DNA of 64,000 nt from Calditrichota bacterium (GTDB taxonomy: Bacteria; Caldisericota; Caldisericia; UBA6126): assembly GCA_036725105.1 (NCBI GenBank), contig DAIMET010000002.1, positions 5,534-69,533 on the forward strand, read 5' to 3'. Numbering within the stretch: the stretch's first letter is position 1; the number at the start of each line of letters is the position of its first letter. A model generated the notes under the pieces. The model had not been told where the DNA came from. It did not search any database and saw nothing but the letters and a program-made list of their open reading frames with translations. This document shows, piece after piece, positions 35,389 through 46,000 of the stretch. Made by a program: the position numbers and the translations under genes.

Positions 35389-35861
35389 AATACAATAGAC
35401 CTTCGTGGGATGAATACTTTATGGAAGTTGTACATGCAATATCCAAACGCGCAACTTGCGGAAGAGGACGAAGCGGGTGCGTTATTGCAAAAGATCACCA
35501 GATTTTAGTAACAGGATATGTTGGCTCTCCTATTGGCTTTCCCCATTGTGATGATGTTGGGCATTTAATGCGCAAGCATGTTAAGGATGATGGGACGATT
35601 TCTGAGCATTGTGAAAGAACAGTTCATGCAGAGCAGAACGCTATTTGCCAAGCAGCAAAACGAGGTATATCCATTGATGGAGCAACCATTTATTGCACGA
35701 TGACTCCCTGCCGCACATGCACAATGCTATTGATCAATTGTGGAATCAAGCGAGTGTATTGTGAGAGACGTTATCACGCCTACAAAGAACCAGAGATGAT
35801 GTTTAAGCAAGCTGGTGTAGAAATTGTTTATAAGTATGATGAAATACAGGAATATGAATAG
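35376..35861 (+). CDS. comEB: dCMP deaminase (ComEB family)
   Basis: HAEQNAI and PCRTCTMLLINCGIKRVY zinc-binding motifs. ATG 35376 has AAGGAG 5 nt upstream and overlaps the kinase gene by 13 nt. Confidence 0.85.
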   Translation: MSDIKYNRPSWDEYFMEVVHAISKRATCGRGRSGCVIAKDHQILVTGYVGSPIGFPHCDDVGHLMRKHVKDDGTISEHCERTVHAEQNAICQAAKRGISIDGATIYCTMTPCRTCTMLLINCGIKRVYCERRYHAYKEPEMMFKQAGVEIVYKYDEIQEYE

Positions 35862-35870
35862 AATTGAAAG

Positions 35871-37217
35871 TTAGCGGAAACTAAATGAGGCAAATACTTC
35901 GTTAAGGGCTTTATAAACTTCTTCTTTCGAAAAGGGTTCAACTGTACCAGGGTCGTAGTTGCTTATTTGGGTTGAGTGAAGTATAAATTGAATTTGATAG
36001 TGAATTTTGATACAAGTGCCAATGTATGTCTTTATGTCATATATATTCCCAGCTGCTACATCGGAGTATTCATAACTGATAAAGGGTACGCCATCAACGA
36101 TCTCTTCTTTTGTGGGCAGCTCAGATAATTCTTCTGGTATTTTAAATGGTATGCTTTTGCTCCATTGAATTTGGATTTCAGCACTACTAAAGTTGTTTTT
36201 TTGAGAAGAAGAAAAGGACACAGGAATAAAGAGATTCACCATACCACTTGTATGGTCCTCTGAAACAGAAGACTGGATATTAGAAGGGGCTTGTTCTGGA
36301 TCCAAAACAGGTGTAATTGGGTGGTAAATAATGAAGCTTCCATCACCAGAATACATTGTCCAATGCGATGGATATACAATCTCAGAATAGGCCTCTTTGT
36401 CGATAGCAAATGTACAAAACGAGGCAATGTCATCAGAAGGAATAAAAACTTCCCAGATTCCTGTCTGTTCTTTGCTAATATTCTCAGATAAGAAGAAAAC
36501 AAGTATACCATTTGGAACAATGGCAATGTGTTCAAAATTCTGGGGATTCTGTGGATCGGTACCTTGTTTAAGCAAACGCAAATCATATTGCGAGGAAACG
36601 TACTCTATATACTCTTTTGGAGTGGATGGGTCAAATTCAGTAAATTGTTTTTGTAAGTCGAGGAAGCAAATCGTTGATATACGTTGCAGGAATTGATGAT
36701 AGGGCGTAAATAATGCTTGATTCCGAAGAGCTTTTTGCTTTTGAATGTCAAAATTCAATATCGAAACAAGGTCTTCTGGAGAAGCTCCTCCATAATTTGA
36801 GAGAAATGTGAAAGGAATTGAAATAAGCGCGGGATCAAAATACGCGATATTGTATCCATAATTTGTGCTAGCAAACTGATTTTTTAAGAAAGAATGGTGG
36901 TATTCTTCTGCAAATCGGGTAAGAATATCTATTTCTGATTGTGGGATTTGAGAAGAAAGCTGATTAAACTCTGTAAATTGAGACAGGGTCGAGTATGGTC
37001 TAGCTCCTCGTATGTAAAGGTGTTTGTTCTCATCTTGGATTTCATTCCATTCCTTGACAATAGGGTATGGCATGATTTCAGGTGCAATCCAAGCTATTTC
37101 ATTGTGTTCTATCGGTGTTTTCGGTACATCTATGGTAGAGCTGGGGTTGTTTGAGCATCCCGAAAACGGTATAAGTAAGCAAAAAAACAAAATGGTGGAG
37201 ATTAATTTTTTTAACAT
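35871..37217 (-). CDS. Hypothetical lipoprotein
   Basis: MLKKLISTILFFCLLIPFSGC carries a lipobox (FSGC). No other recognisable motif. The start is set at ATG 37217; the track start at 37232 is a TTG. Confidence 0.55.
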   Translation of the reverse strand: MLKKLISTILFFCLLIPFSGCSNNPSSTIDVPKTPIEHNEIAWIAPEIMPYPIVKEWNEIQDENKHLYIRGARPYSTLSQFTEFNQLSSQIPQSEIDILTRFAEEYHHSFLKNQFASTNYGYNIAYFDPALISIPFTFLSNYGGASPEDLVSILNFDIQKQKALRNQALFTPYHQFLQRISTICFLDLQKQFTEFDPSTPKEYIEYVSSQYDLRLLKQGTDPQNPQNFEHIAIVPNGILVFFLSENISKEQTGIWEVFIPSDDIASFCTFAIDKEAYSEIVYPSHWTMYSGDGSFIIYHPITPVLDPEQAPSNIQSSVSEDHTSGMVNLFIPVSFSSSQKNNFSSAEIQIQWSKSIPFKIPEELSELPTKEEIVDGVPFISYEYSDVAAGNIYDIKTYIGTCIKIHYQIQFILHSTQISNYDPGTVEPFSKEEVYKALNEVFASFSFR

Positions 37218-37292
37218 GGTACTAGTATACAATTTTTACTGATTTTTGGGAATAAATATAGCAACAAACCCTATATTCAATGGAGGTAAAAC

Positions 37293-37742
37293 ATGGATAA
37301 TAAAAATCTCAAAGTTGTTTATGACAAAGGCTATAATAAACCAACACTAAAACCAGCTTTTCTTTTAGACGATTTTTTCAATCATTTCTTTTCTGATGCC
37401 AAACCTTTCTTTGGTTCAAATTCCCCTTTCCCTGCAATTGATTTAGTCTCAAAAGAAGACAAATATATTCTGAAAGCAGAATTACAAGGCGTGAAAAAGG
37501 ATGATATTGAAGTAGAAATCGGAGATCAGTACATTGTTCTGAAAGCAGAAAAAAGGCAAGATGAAGAATGTAAAGATTGTGATTATTACTATCGCGAAAC
37601 ATCCAGTGGTAAGATGATGCGAGAAATTCCTATTCCTGAAAAAATTGACAAAAACAAAACGGAAGTTGAGTTTAAAGAAGGTATTTTGACCATTAGAATG
37701 CCAAAAGCAGAAGAAACCAAAACACGAAAGATTAAGCTGTAA
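37293..37742 (+). CDS. Small heat-shock protein, Hsp20/alpha-crystallin family
   Basis: PAIDLVSKEDKYILKAELQGVKKDDIEVEI..GILTIRMPK is a typical alpha-crystallin domain. Confidence 0.9.
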   Translation: MDNKNLKVVYDKGYNKPTLKPAFLLDDFFNHFFSDAKPFFGSNSPFPAIDLVSKEDKYILKAELQGVKKDDIEVEIGDQYIVLKAEKRQDEECKDCDYYYRETSSGKMMREIPIPEKIDKNKTEVEFKEGILTIRMPKAEETKTRKIKL

Positions 37743-37764
37743 GAGGTTTATAGCCCAAATAAAA

Positions 37765-37793
37765 AAGGTGGCGTTTTAAACGCTGCCTTTTTT
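37765..37793. terminator. Bidirectional hairpin terminator between hsp20 and tRNA-Ser
   Basis: AAGGTGGCG-TTTTAAA-CGCTGCCTT (two G:U pairs), flanked by an A-run on the left and a T-run on the right. Confidence 0.55.
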
Positions 37794-37885
37794 TGGCGGA
37801 GAGGGGGAGATTCGAACTCCCGGAGCGGGATAAACCACTCACTCGCTTAGCAGGCGAGCACCTTCAGCCACTCGGTCACCTCTCC
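37794..37885 (-). tRNA. tRNA-Ser (anticodon GCU), 92 nt with long variable arm, CCA encoded
   Basis: The reverse complement reads GGAGAGGTGACCGAGTGGCTGAAGGTGCTCGCCTGCTAAGCGAGTGAGTGGTTTATCCCGCTCCGGGAGTTCGAATCTCCCCCTCTCCGCCA. The acceptor stem is GGAGAGG/CCTCTCC, the anticodon loop is CU-GCU-AA, and the T-loop is TTCGAAT. Confidence 0.9.
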
Positions 37886-37931
37886 AAACTACTACAAGGG
37901 TAAAATAATATTTCGTGAAGTCAATACTAGT

Positions 37932-38237
37932 TCAATAGTTGATATAGGTATGGGGTGCTTTTTCCCAAAATTCTTCTAAAGCATATGTTTTTCGTTCTTC
38001 TGGCATGAAAATATGCACAACAATGTCTCCAAAATCTGCAATTGTCCAAGCAGGTGATTTTTCTCGAATCGGATACAAAGGTTTTATGCCTTGGTGTCTT
38101 AGATTCTCTTCTAACCGACTAACTACCATTTGTAACTGAGTTGTATTGTCTACTGAGCAAATTATAAAATAATCAGCGATAGTGGTCAGCTTTTCTACTT
38201 TAAGAAGAACAATGTCCTCTGCTTTCATTTCCTTCAA
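37932..38237 (-). CDS. rsfS: Ribosome silencing factor RsfS (iojap)
   Basis: AEDIVLLKVEKLTTIADYFIICS..WTIADFGDIVVHIFMPEERKTYALEEFW. The start is uncertain: the frame stays open upstream into the nadD end, and the track start is a TTG. Confidence 0.85.
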   Translation of the reverse strand: MKEMKAEDIVLLKVEKLTTIADYFIICSVDNTTQLQMVVSRLEENLRHQGIKPLYPIREKSPAWTIADFGDIVVHIFMPEERKTYALEEFWEKAPHTYINY

Positions 38238-38287
38238 TACTTCAACAATGAACTCTTTCTTATCGTCTGTTGTTATCGCTACTCTAT

Positions 38288-38923
38288 CTATATGAATGCC
38301 TCCTTGTATAAAGTGTTATTATCAATATACGATTCAACGGTCTTAGGTACAAGATACTGAATCGATTTTTTTTTGGAAACTCGATCTCGAATCACTGACG
38401 AGGAAATGTCGATATATGGCATAGGAAAACAGTGAATTTTCTCCTTTGCTTCAGGGATTTCTTTGTAGATACGATCAAAAAAAGTGTTTTCAAGTGGTTT
38501 TTTTTGTCTCTTTGCTACTAAAAAATGTAAACTACTGAGGATTTTTCTTGGTGATTTCCACGAAGGGAGCTTTTCGATAGCATCACTTCCAACAATAAAA
38601 TAATACGTGTATTGTGTTCTTGGAAACTGGACTGAAATATCTTCAATAGTGTTCATAGTATAGGTCGGACATTGTCTTTGAACGTCAAAAAGCAAAATAG
38701 AAAAATGTGCATTGTCTTCAATGGCGAGTCGAATCATTTGGATCCTGTGATAAGGTGGAGAAAGAGAGATATTGGTTTTGTGAGGAGAGCTCCAGGTTGG
38801 AATGAAGTATACTGTCTCTAAGTTAAAGGTTTCTCGGGCACGCTCTGCTGCTATAAGATGACCCAAATGAATAGGATTGAAAGAACCACCAAAAAAACCG
38901 ATTGATTTTTTTGTTAAAGCCAT
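38288..38923 (-). CDS. nadD: Nicotinate-nucleotide adenylyltransferase
   Basis: GGSFNPIHLGHL (HxGH) and ISSSVIRDR motifs. Confidence 0.9.
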   Translation of the reverse strand: MALTKKSIGFFGGSFNPIHLGHLIAAERARETFNLETVYFIPTWSSPHKTNISLSPPYHRIQMIRLAIEDNAHFSILLFDVQRQCPTYTMNTIEDISVQFPRTQYTYYFIVGSDAIEKLPSWKSPRKILSSLHFLVAKRQKKPLENTFFDRIYKEIPEAKEKIHCFPMPYIDISSSVIRDRVSKKKSIQYLVPKTVESYIDNNTLYKEAFI

Positions 38924-40221
38924 CGAAAACGCTTGCCTCCAAGTTCAACTACATCATCTTCTTTAACACCGTGAAAGTTTAGAATATTGTCAATGTGATA
39001 CTTTCGAAACATGCGATAGACATATCGCAGACTTCCAGGATATTGCAAATCTGTTCCAGCGATGATTCTCTCTAAACGAGGACATCGCACTATAAAAATC
39101 CCATCTTCTTGGATGACTTGAACTTCTTGGTCTCCTAGGGTGTGGACAGAGTGAGTTTCAACAGTTGTTTGAAGCACAGGAATGGTCTGAAGAAAACGAT
39201 AAAGAGTGTTGTTAAGTTCTTGCACATTTTCTCCTGTTTGGGCAGAGATAAAAAAAGATTTTTTTCCAGATTTTTCCAGGTGACTTTTCACATGCTCCAT
39301 ATTACCTTGTCCCTGTAAAGTATCGATTTTATTGCCACAAACAAAACTGGTTTTGTGGTATAAGTCGTCATCGTAGTCTTTGATTTCTTGCATGAGCGTA
39401 TCTAATTCATGAATACATTCGTGGGGCGTTTCCTTGTCTAGGTCAATAACGTACAAAAGAATACGACAACGCTCAATATGCCGTAAAAACTGAAAACCCA
39501 ATCCTTTTCCTTCCGAAGCACCTTCAATGATTCCTGGGATATCTGCAATTGTGAAATTTTTCCCAGGTGAAACTGAACATACTCCAACGTTGGGGATAAG
39601 AGTAGTAAATGGGTAATCACCGATTTTTGGTTTGGCATTCGTGCTTTTTGACAGTAAAGTGGATTTCCCTGCATTTGGAAAGCCTACGTATCCCACATCT
39701 GCAATTGTTTTCAATTCCAAATACAATGGTTTTTCTTCTCCAGCTGCCCCATGTTCAGCAATATGGGGTACATGTTCAATTGAGTTAGCAAAAGAAGAGT
39801 TTCCTTTGCCTCCAATTCCTCCCTTAGCAATTTCAATTTCACATCCGTGTGTGTGAAGGTCAGCAAGTAAAAGAATAGAGGGAGTACTTTCAGAGCCCGA
39901 TTCGATAAGCTTTTCGGGTTCTTTCATTTCGTATATCAATGTTCCAACAGGCACAGGAATGAACGTGTGTTTACCATTCCGACCATGCTTAAGTTGACCT
40001 TCTCCGGGTTTTCCATTTTCTGCAGAATAAAAACGTTTGTTCTGAAATGAACTCAGAGATGATATGCCTTGATCTGCTTGAAAAAAGATGCTGCCCCCTC
40101 GACCACCATGGCCTCCATCAGGGCCACCTTTTTGAATGTATTTTTCTCTGCGGAAGCTGATGCAGCCATTACCACCGTTACCGGCTTTTACGTGAATAGT
40201 AATTTCATCAAGAAACAACAT
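38914..40221 (-). CDS. obg: GTPase Obg/CgtA
   Basis: Glycine-rich Obg fold (GNGGNGCISFRREKY..GGPDGGHGGRGGSIFF), G1 GFPNAGKST, G3 DIPGII, G4 NKID, and a C-terminal OCT-like domain. Confidence 0.95.
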   Translation of the reverse strand: MLFLDEITIHVKAGNGGNGCISFRREKYIQKGGPDGGHGGRGGSIFFQADQGISSLSSFQNKRFYSAENGKPGEGQLKHGRNGKHTFIPVPVGTLIYEMKEPEKLIESGSESTPSILLLADLHTHGCEIEIAKGGIGGKGNSSFANSIEHVPHIAEHGAAGEEKPLYLELKTIADVGYVGFPNAGKSTLLSKSTNAKPKIGDYPFTTLIPNVGVCSVSPGKNFTIADIPGIIEGASEGKGLGFQFLRHIERCRILLYVIDLDKETPHECIHELDTLMQEIKDYDDDLYHKTSFVCGNKIDTLQGQGNMEHVKSHLEKSGKKSFFISAQTGENVQELNNTLYRFLQTIPVLQTTVETHSVHTLGDQEVQVIQEDGIFIVRCPRLERIIAGTDLQYPGSLRYVYRMFRKYHIDNILNFHGVKEDDVVELGGKRFRWL

Positions 40222-40243
40222 TTATATGGTAATCCTGTCCAAC

Positions 40244-40276
40244 AAAAAAAGCCCTTTCATTCTCGAAAGGGCTTTT
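40244..40276 (-). terminator. Hairpin terminator/attenuator between rpmA and obg
   Basis: GCCCTTTC-ATTCTC-GAAAGGGC. On the minus strand it is followed by TTTTTTTGTT. Confidence 0.55.
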
Positions 40277-40294
40277 ATATGAAAGAAGGTCTTG

Positions 40295-40549
40295 TTAATT
40301 AGCATCTGGATAGACAGAGACTTTTTTCCTTGAACGACCGTATCGTTCAAATTTTACCCGTCCAGTTGTTGTGGCACAAAGGGTGAAATCTTTACCTTGT
40401 AAAACATTAAACCCAGGATAAATTCGATTGCCACGTTGTCGGACTATAATGTTACCACCTTGGGCGATTTGACCATCATATAGCTTAACACCAAGGTATT
40501 TTGGATTCGAATCTCTACCATTTGAACCAGTTTTGTTTTTTCTACCCAT
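40295..40549 (-). CDS. rpmA: 50S ribosomal protein L27
   Basis: [38 protein letters not shown] lies 6 nt upstream of the ATG. Confidence 0.95.
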   Translation of the reverse strand: MGRKNKTGSNGRDSNPKYLGVKLYDGQIAQGGNIIVRQRGNRIYPGFNVLQGKDFTLCATTTGRVKFERYGRSRKKVSVYPDAN

Positions 40550-40565
40550 AGTAAACTCCTACGCA

Positions 40566-42938
40566 TTAAAAGTAAGGTCGCAAAAAATTAATATACCACA
40601 AATTGGTATTTTTACAAATTTCTTCATAGAGTAATCGTAATCGTCTGGGTTGATCCTCCCATTGAATCTCTGCGCCAAAAGCTTCGGCAATAAAACGAAG
40701 AGGAACAAAAGTTCTTCCGTTTTGAATGACGGGTGGTGCATCCAAGATTATGGGATTATCATCAATCGACGCAATAGTAGAACCAACTTTCATCACAATG
40801 GTCTTTTTGTCAAGCAAGATCGTAATCGTCTGGGTTGATCCTTCCCATTGAATCTCTGCGCCAAAAGCTTCGGCAATCACTCGGATAGGAACAACAGTAC
40901 GTCCGTTTAAAATGAAGGGAGCAGCATCCATTGTTTTCGGTTTATTGTTGATTAATACAGTTTTGTTTCCAATCTGGAATTGTATTACAACAGATTCTTT
41001 TGAAACTACAAAGTGAATGTCAATTTCCTGGTTGCCACCATTGGATGTGAACATTATCTTACCAGTATTTTTGCCTTTTTTTGCTTTTTCAACATTAAAT
41101 GAAAGGGTAATAGTCTTTTTTCTTCCTCCGAGAAGAGCAAATGAGTGATCTGATAAGCGTAACCATGATGCATCGTGTTCTATAGTTCCGTCCATACGAG
41201 CTTCACCATCATTATATATTACACATTCAATTTCAACATTCTGATCCTCGGTCTCAACTGTAAATATTCCATCTTCTGAGAGGTAGTCGCTTTCCAATCG
41301 TAGAATAGCGGGTTCTTCAATGATTTCCACTGAAACCGGGATTTCAATAGTCTCCTGCGAGAGCTCGAAAACAATGTTTTCTTGATATTGGGAAACCGAT
41401 AGTTCTTTGTGTTTAAGTAGAATGGTAAAAACCTTTTCTTCACCACTTTCAAGTGTGAATCTCTTGTCGTCCATGTCAATAAAAGAAGGGATTTGTGTTA
41501 TTTCTATAGTGGCATCGGCATCACCTTCATTTGAGATGGTTAGAGTTTCTTTAACATTTTTTGCTTCTTTGAGTGTTAAACTTCCAAATTTGATTTCTTC
41601 CTTATCGATCACAATTTCAGCAGCGACAATTGTTAGTGTCACACTAATTTCTTTGTTACCCCCATCAGATTCGATATATACAGTTCCAGCGTAATCTCCA
41701 GCTTTGAGTTTACTTGTACTGATGCTGACTTTTACATCAAAAGCATTTTCAGAAAAGGCACGAGGGCTTGAACGTAGCCATTCTTCCTTTGTAGAAGTAG
41801 TACCTGTAAGAGCGCCTTCATATACATTTGAAACTTTAATTGTTTCAGAAGCGTTCTGCCCACGTTTGATTTCACCAAAATTGATTGTGTTTGTGTCAAT
41901 TTTTATTTCTGGAGAGTGAAGTACTTGCAGTTGGAAAGGGATGTTTTTTTCGTAGCTATCTCCTTGAAGTTGTAAAATACCTCTGTACACACCAGGTTCA
42001 AGATTACGGGTTGAAACACGAATCGTGTAAGAAGTTTCAGATAATTGAGGAAGATTAACGGATTTTTCTAACGAAAGGTAATTTTCTGCAATTTTTAAAT
42101 TTACTGAAGCATCCTGAAGACCACAGTTTCGAATATTAATTTCTGCTTCAGCAGAGCTATTGGGTTTCATTTTTCCAAAATCGAGTTCGTTGGGGTAGGA
42201 AGCAATAACTGGGCCTAAATGGTTGATGTCTCCATGGCCAAAATCATAATAATCAGAATTGTCAACACCAACTCTAGTTTCAATCCAAGCATATACCCGT
42301 AACATTTCTGTTGACCATTTTGGATTAATTTCAATTGAAACCGATGTAGATCCATCTCCACTGATAGACGGGATACTACCTCCATCTCTTGATATAAAAC
42401 GGTGACGTTTTTCTCCGTTTTGGGCTTTAACGTATAAAAAATCTTCTACCAGACAATACCATATTTCACCGCCCTCAGGTACATTTTCATACTCAATCTG
42501 AATGTTGACTGTTAGATTATCCATTGTGCTTTTGTCTACAGAAATGGAAGATGTAGCTCCTTTTGATTTTGCCTCTTTAATATCTTTTGTTAATGCATCT
42601 GTTGTTCTAGAGTCTGTTAATTTTGTATCAATAAAGAAAGAAGGATAATACGACATGCCAAGTTTATTTGCTCGTAATTGAGCGAATTTGTTCACCATTG
42701 CATCACCTTGGGTGGAGGGATGGTGTCTAATCAAGATGAAATCCCTTTCTCCATATTTATCATATATTCCATCCATCATTTCGGTTCCGCGAACGCAAGG
42801 ACCACACCATGTAGCAGTAAATTGTTCTACTAAAACCATTTTTTTTACAATAGCTTTTGCAGGTTTTATGGAAACAGAAGTGCCTATAGCTCCAAGAGCT
42901 ACCATGATACTCAACAGGATTGAAAACAATCGTTTCAT
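40566..42938 (-). CDS. Exported thioredoxin-fold (WCGPC) protein with several Ig-like/BACON-like beta-sandwich domains and two C-terminal stalk domains; C-terminus altered by a 1-nt frameshift
   Basis: Signal peptide MKRLFSILLSIMVALGAIGTSVSIKPAKA. EQFTATWCGPCV is a thioredoxin/Omp28-like motif. Four to five ~90-aa modules begin (L/I)xFG. Two repeats of NGRT(V/F)VP(I/L)RxIAEAFGAEIQWE follow. See the finding on the frameshift near 40657. Confidence 0.7.
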   Translation of the reverse strand: MKRLFSILLSIMVALGAIGTSVSIKPAKAIVKKMVLVEQFTATWCGPCVRGTEMMDGIYDKYGERDFILIRHHPSTQGDAMVNKFAQLRANKLGMSYYPSFFIDTKLTDSRTTDALTKDIKEAKSKGATSSISVDKSTMDNLTVNIQIEYENVPEGGEIWYCLVEDFLYVKAQNGEKRHRFISRDGGSIPSISGDGSTSVSIEINPKWSTEMLRVYAWIETRVGVDNSDYYDFGHGDINHLGPVIASYPNELDFGKMKPNSSAEAEINIRNCGLQDASVNLKIAENYLSLEKSVNLPQLSETSYTIRVSTRNLEPGVYRGILQLQGDSYEKNIPFQLQVLHSPEIKIDTNTINFGEIKRGQNASETIKVSNVYEGALTGTTSTKEEWLRSSPRAFSENAFDVKVSISTSKLKAGDYAGTVYIESDGGNKEISVTLTIVAAEIVIDKEEIKFGSLTLKEAKNVKETLTISNEGDADATIEITQIPSFIDMDDKRFTLESGEEKVFTILLKHKELSVSQYQENIVFELSQETIEIPVSVEIIEEPAILRLESDYLSEDGIFTVETEDQNVEIECVIYNDGEARMDGTIEHDASWLRLSDHSFALLGGRKKTITLSFNVEKAKKGKNTGKIMFTSNGGNQEIDIHFVVSKESVVIQFQIGNKTVLINNKPKTMDAAPFILNGRTVVPIRVIAEAFGAEIQWEGSTQTITILLDKKTIVMKVGSTIASIDDNPIILDAPPVIQNGRTFVPLRFIAEAFGAEIQWEDQPRRLRLLYEEICKNTNLWYINFLRPYF
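40590..40618 (-). promoter_or_regulatory. Candidate extended -10 promoter for rpmA
   Basis: The minus strand reads TTTGTAaaaataccaatttgTGgTATATT. The -35 TTGTAA is at 40617-40612 and the extended -10 TGgTATATT at 40598-40590, ~40 nt upstream of the rpmA ATG. Confidence 0.45.
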
Positions 42939-43062
42939 AGTTTTCCTCCAAAATTTTCAAATATGGACTTGACTCATTTGTTTTTTATCGTAAAAATTCT
43001 TACTTTTCATTTGCATCTATGATACAAAATATAGTATACCAAAAAACTTTGGGAGGGCTACG

Positions 43063-46000
43063 ATGAAACAGCATGTTCGTTTTTTTATACTTTTATTGGT
43101 TGGTTTACTTGTTTTCCAAGGTTCATTTTTTGTAAACCCTACTGCTCTTGCAATCCCATATCCTGGAAATGGATCTATAGAAGGATCAATAACCCCGGTA
43201 GATTGTGGTCGGGGCTTCCAGATAACTATTCGCAACTCAATGGGAGATTCACTTTGGGATGGATATACAGATGATCAAGGATATTTTTCCACACCATACA
43301 GTATACCCGAGGGAATAGCTTCAGTTGAGGCTGTTAAGATAGGGTGCAATGCATGGCCAAACCCACAACAAGTAAATGTAAAAGCAGATAAAAAATCAAC
43401 TGTACGTTTTTCTTGCAAATGTCCTGGTTACAAAGAAAAAAATGCAAGAATTGTTGTATATATGCCAGTGAATTGCTTGGATGGTACTAGCGTTCGCATA
43501 ACAGGCATAAGCAATAACCAGTCTATTACTATTACACAATTCAATACAGGTGGTTTTTTTGATTCAGGATGCGAGCTCTACTGCGGAGAACAATATCGAG
43601 TAGAACCAATCAACTCAAAATGCAGTTTCAGTCCTACTTCACAAACTGTAAAGGCAGAATGCTGTCCCAGTGAAGGACGTGTGACTTTCCGATGTAGCTG
43701 TAAAGAAGATTCTGGTCGGATTGTTGTTTCAATGCCTGATCAGTGTAAATCTGGCACTTCTGTTAATATATATTCCGAGAACGGAATGCTTGTGAAAACT
43801 TTGTCAGGTTCTTTTGATACCGGTTGCACAATTCCTTGCAATCAAAATTATAAAATCGTGCCTTCACATCCTCAGAAAACTTTTCAACCTTCTTCTCAGA
43901 TGGTACGAGTGCCTTGTTGTCCTGATATTGCTCGAGTAAATTTCACAGCTTGTGATCAACCAAAGGGAAGAATCCTAATCTATATAGCACAGAGTTGTAT
44001 ACAAGGTACATCGGTTGATATTTTCAATGCACAGGGAACTTTAGTAAAATCACTCACAACTTCGACTTCTCAAGGATTCGACACAGGTTGCACCTTACAA
44101 TGTGGAAACACATACAAAGTAGTACCAAAAAATACACATTTTGATTTCTCTCCTTCCTCTCAATCACTAGAAGTTAAAGAGTGTCCCTCAGTTTCTGAAC
44201 TGCACTTTCAATGTACACCAAAACCAGAAAAAAAAGGACGAGTAATTGTATCTCTTCCTGGAGAATGCAATGACACAAAAAAAGCAAAAACATCCGTGAA
44301 TGTGTACGATTCTACTGGATCGTTGATTCAAATTCTTACACAGAACTCATCCGGAGAGTACGATACTGGATGCACTTTGTCCACTGAAATGACATATACA
44401 TTTGTACCAAAAAATGATCTTTGCACCTTCACTCCCACAAAACAAAACCTCACGCCAAAAACTTGCCCAGATGCATCAAGGATTACTTTTCAATGTCAGT
44501 GTCAAGACACATACGGGAGAGTTTTGGTACGAGTAACAGAAGAATGTTATCCAGGAACATCCATTGAAATTTATGATAATGAAGGGAATTTGTACAAAAC
44601 TTTAACATCGATCAATTCATCTGGATTGTTTGATTCAGGCTGCACACTACCTTGCAATCAAAAATACGAAATAGTTCCCCGCAACAAGAATCTAGTTTTT
44701 ACACCTAGCCGCAAGGTTATCCCATTATCTTGTTGCCCGGAATCTTCAACGATATCGTTTTCATGTGAAAAAGAAAAAAAATATGGATCTATTTCAGTAT
44801 CAATGGCTCAAAAAGGAGCACAAAATACAACAATTTTCATTTACGATCAACATGGTGATGTTGCTTCAGTACTTCAAAAGCCAGACCAGGATGGTATTTT
44901 CCGAAGTGGCTGCACATTGTTTGGAGGGCAGAGTTACAAAGTAGTACCAAAGAATGATCATTGTACTTTTGACCCACCAAGTCAAACCATTACTTTGTCC
45001 TATTGTCCCGATGAAAATAAAATGTTCTTTGACACCGACTGCGAGGAATCAGAGGGGCGAATTCAAATTCGTATGTCGGAGGAGTGTGCCAAAAACACCA
45101 GAATTCATATATATAACAAAGCAGGTGATATCATAACCACTTTATCACAATCTGATCAAGGTGTTTTTGATACAGGATGCACACTTCCCTGCAATGTTTT
45201 TTACCGCATTGTACCAGAGAATGATCAATACACATTTACTCCGGAGTTTAATGAAATCCAGAGTCTTCATTGCTGTCCAGATATCAATGTGATTTCATTT
45301 CAACGAAATCATCGTAAAGGTGATGGACGTTTGCTAATCAGCGTTCCGAAGGATTGTGTTTCTTTTGAATCTTCAATAACCTCGGTGTACATATATGATT
45401 CTTCTGGCAATATTGTAAATGTATTAAACTCTGTAAATTCTGATGGTTATTTCGACACAGGAGAAAACTTACATTGTGACGAATTTTATAAGATTGTACC
45501 CAAAAATCCATTGTGCACATTTTTGCCAGAATACCAGCTGATTCAAATGGATTGTGATACAAACCCCAATGTTGTTTCTTTCCAAGGTAGTTGTGAAAAA
45601 GAACACGGTAAAATTCTAATCAAAATTAATGGAGAAGTGGAAGGAGTGGTTGTAAACATTTTTGAACAAGATACGAACCACTTGATTCTAACTTTAACAG
45701 AATCAGGTCCAAACGGATTTGATACTGGGTGTGTTTTAAATCAAGATTCACTTTACCATATTGTACCGTATAAAGAGAATTGTACATTCGATCCTCCTGC
45801 TATTGATACACACCCCAAAGACTGTACAAACAATTCTGCATTACTCTTTTCAATAACCTGCAAAAAGTTGTGCTACGGGGGTATACGAGGGTATTTTGTG
45901 AATCGTTTTACCAAAGGGGCTGTTATACACATCTTTCAAAAAGACACTTTATTAAACACAATTCAAAGCTCCTCTATAACGGGATATTTTGATAGTGATT

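Noticed and set aside
43010-43040. Promoter for the 1,558-aa gene (TTGCAT ... TATAGT/TATACC, or TTGACT at ~42969).
   Set aside because: Spacer lengths of 13, 18 or 16 nt pair with poor -10 hexamers. None is good enough to annotate.
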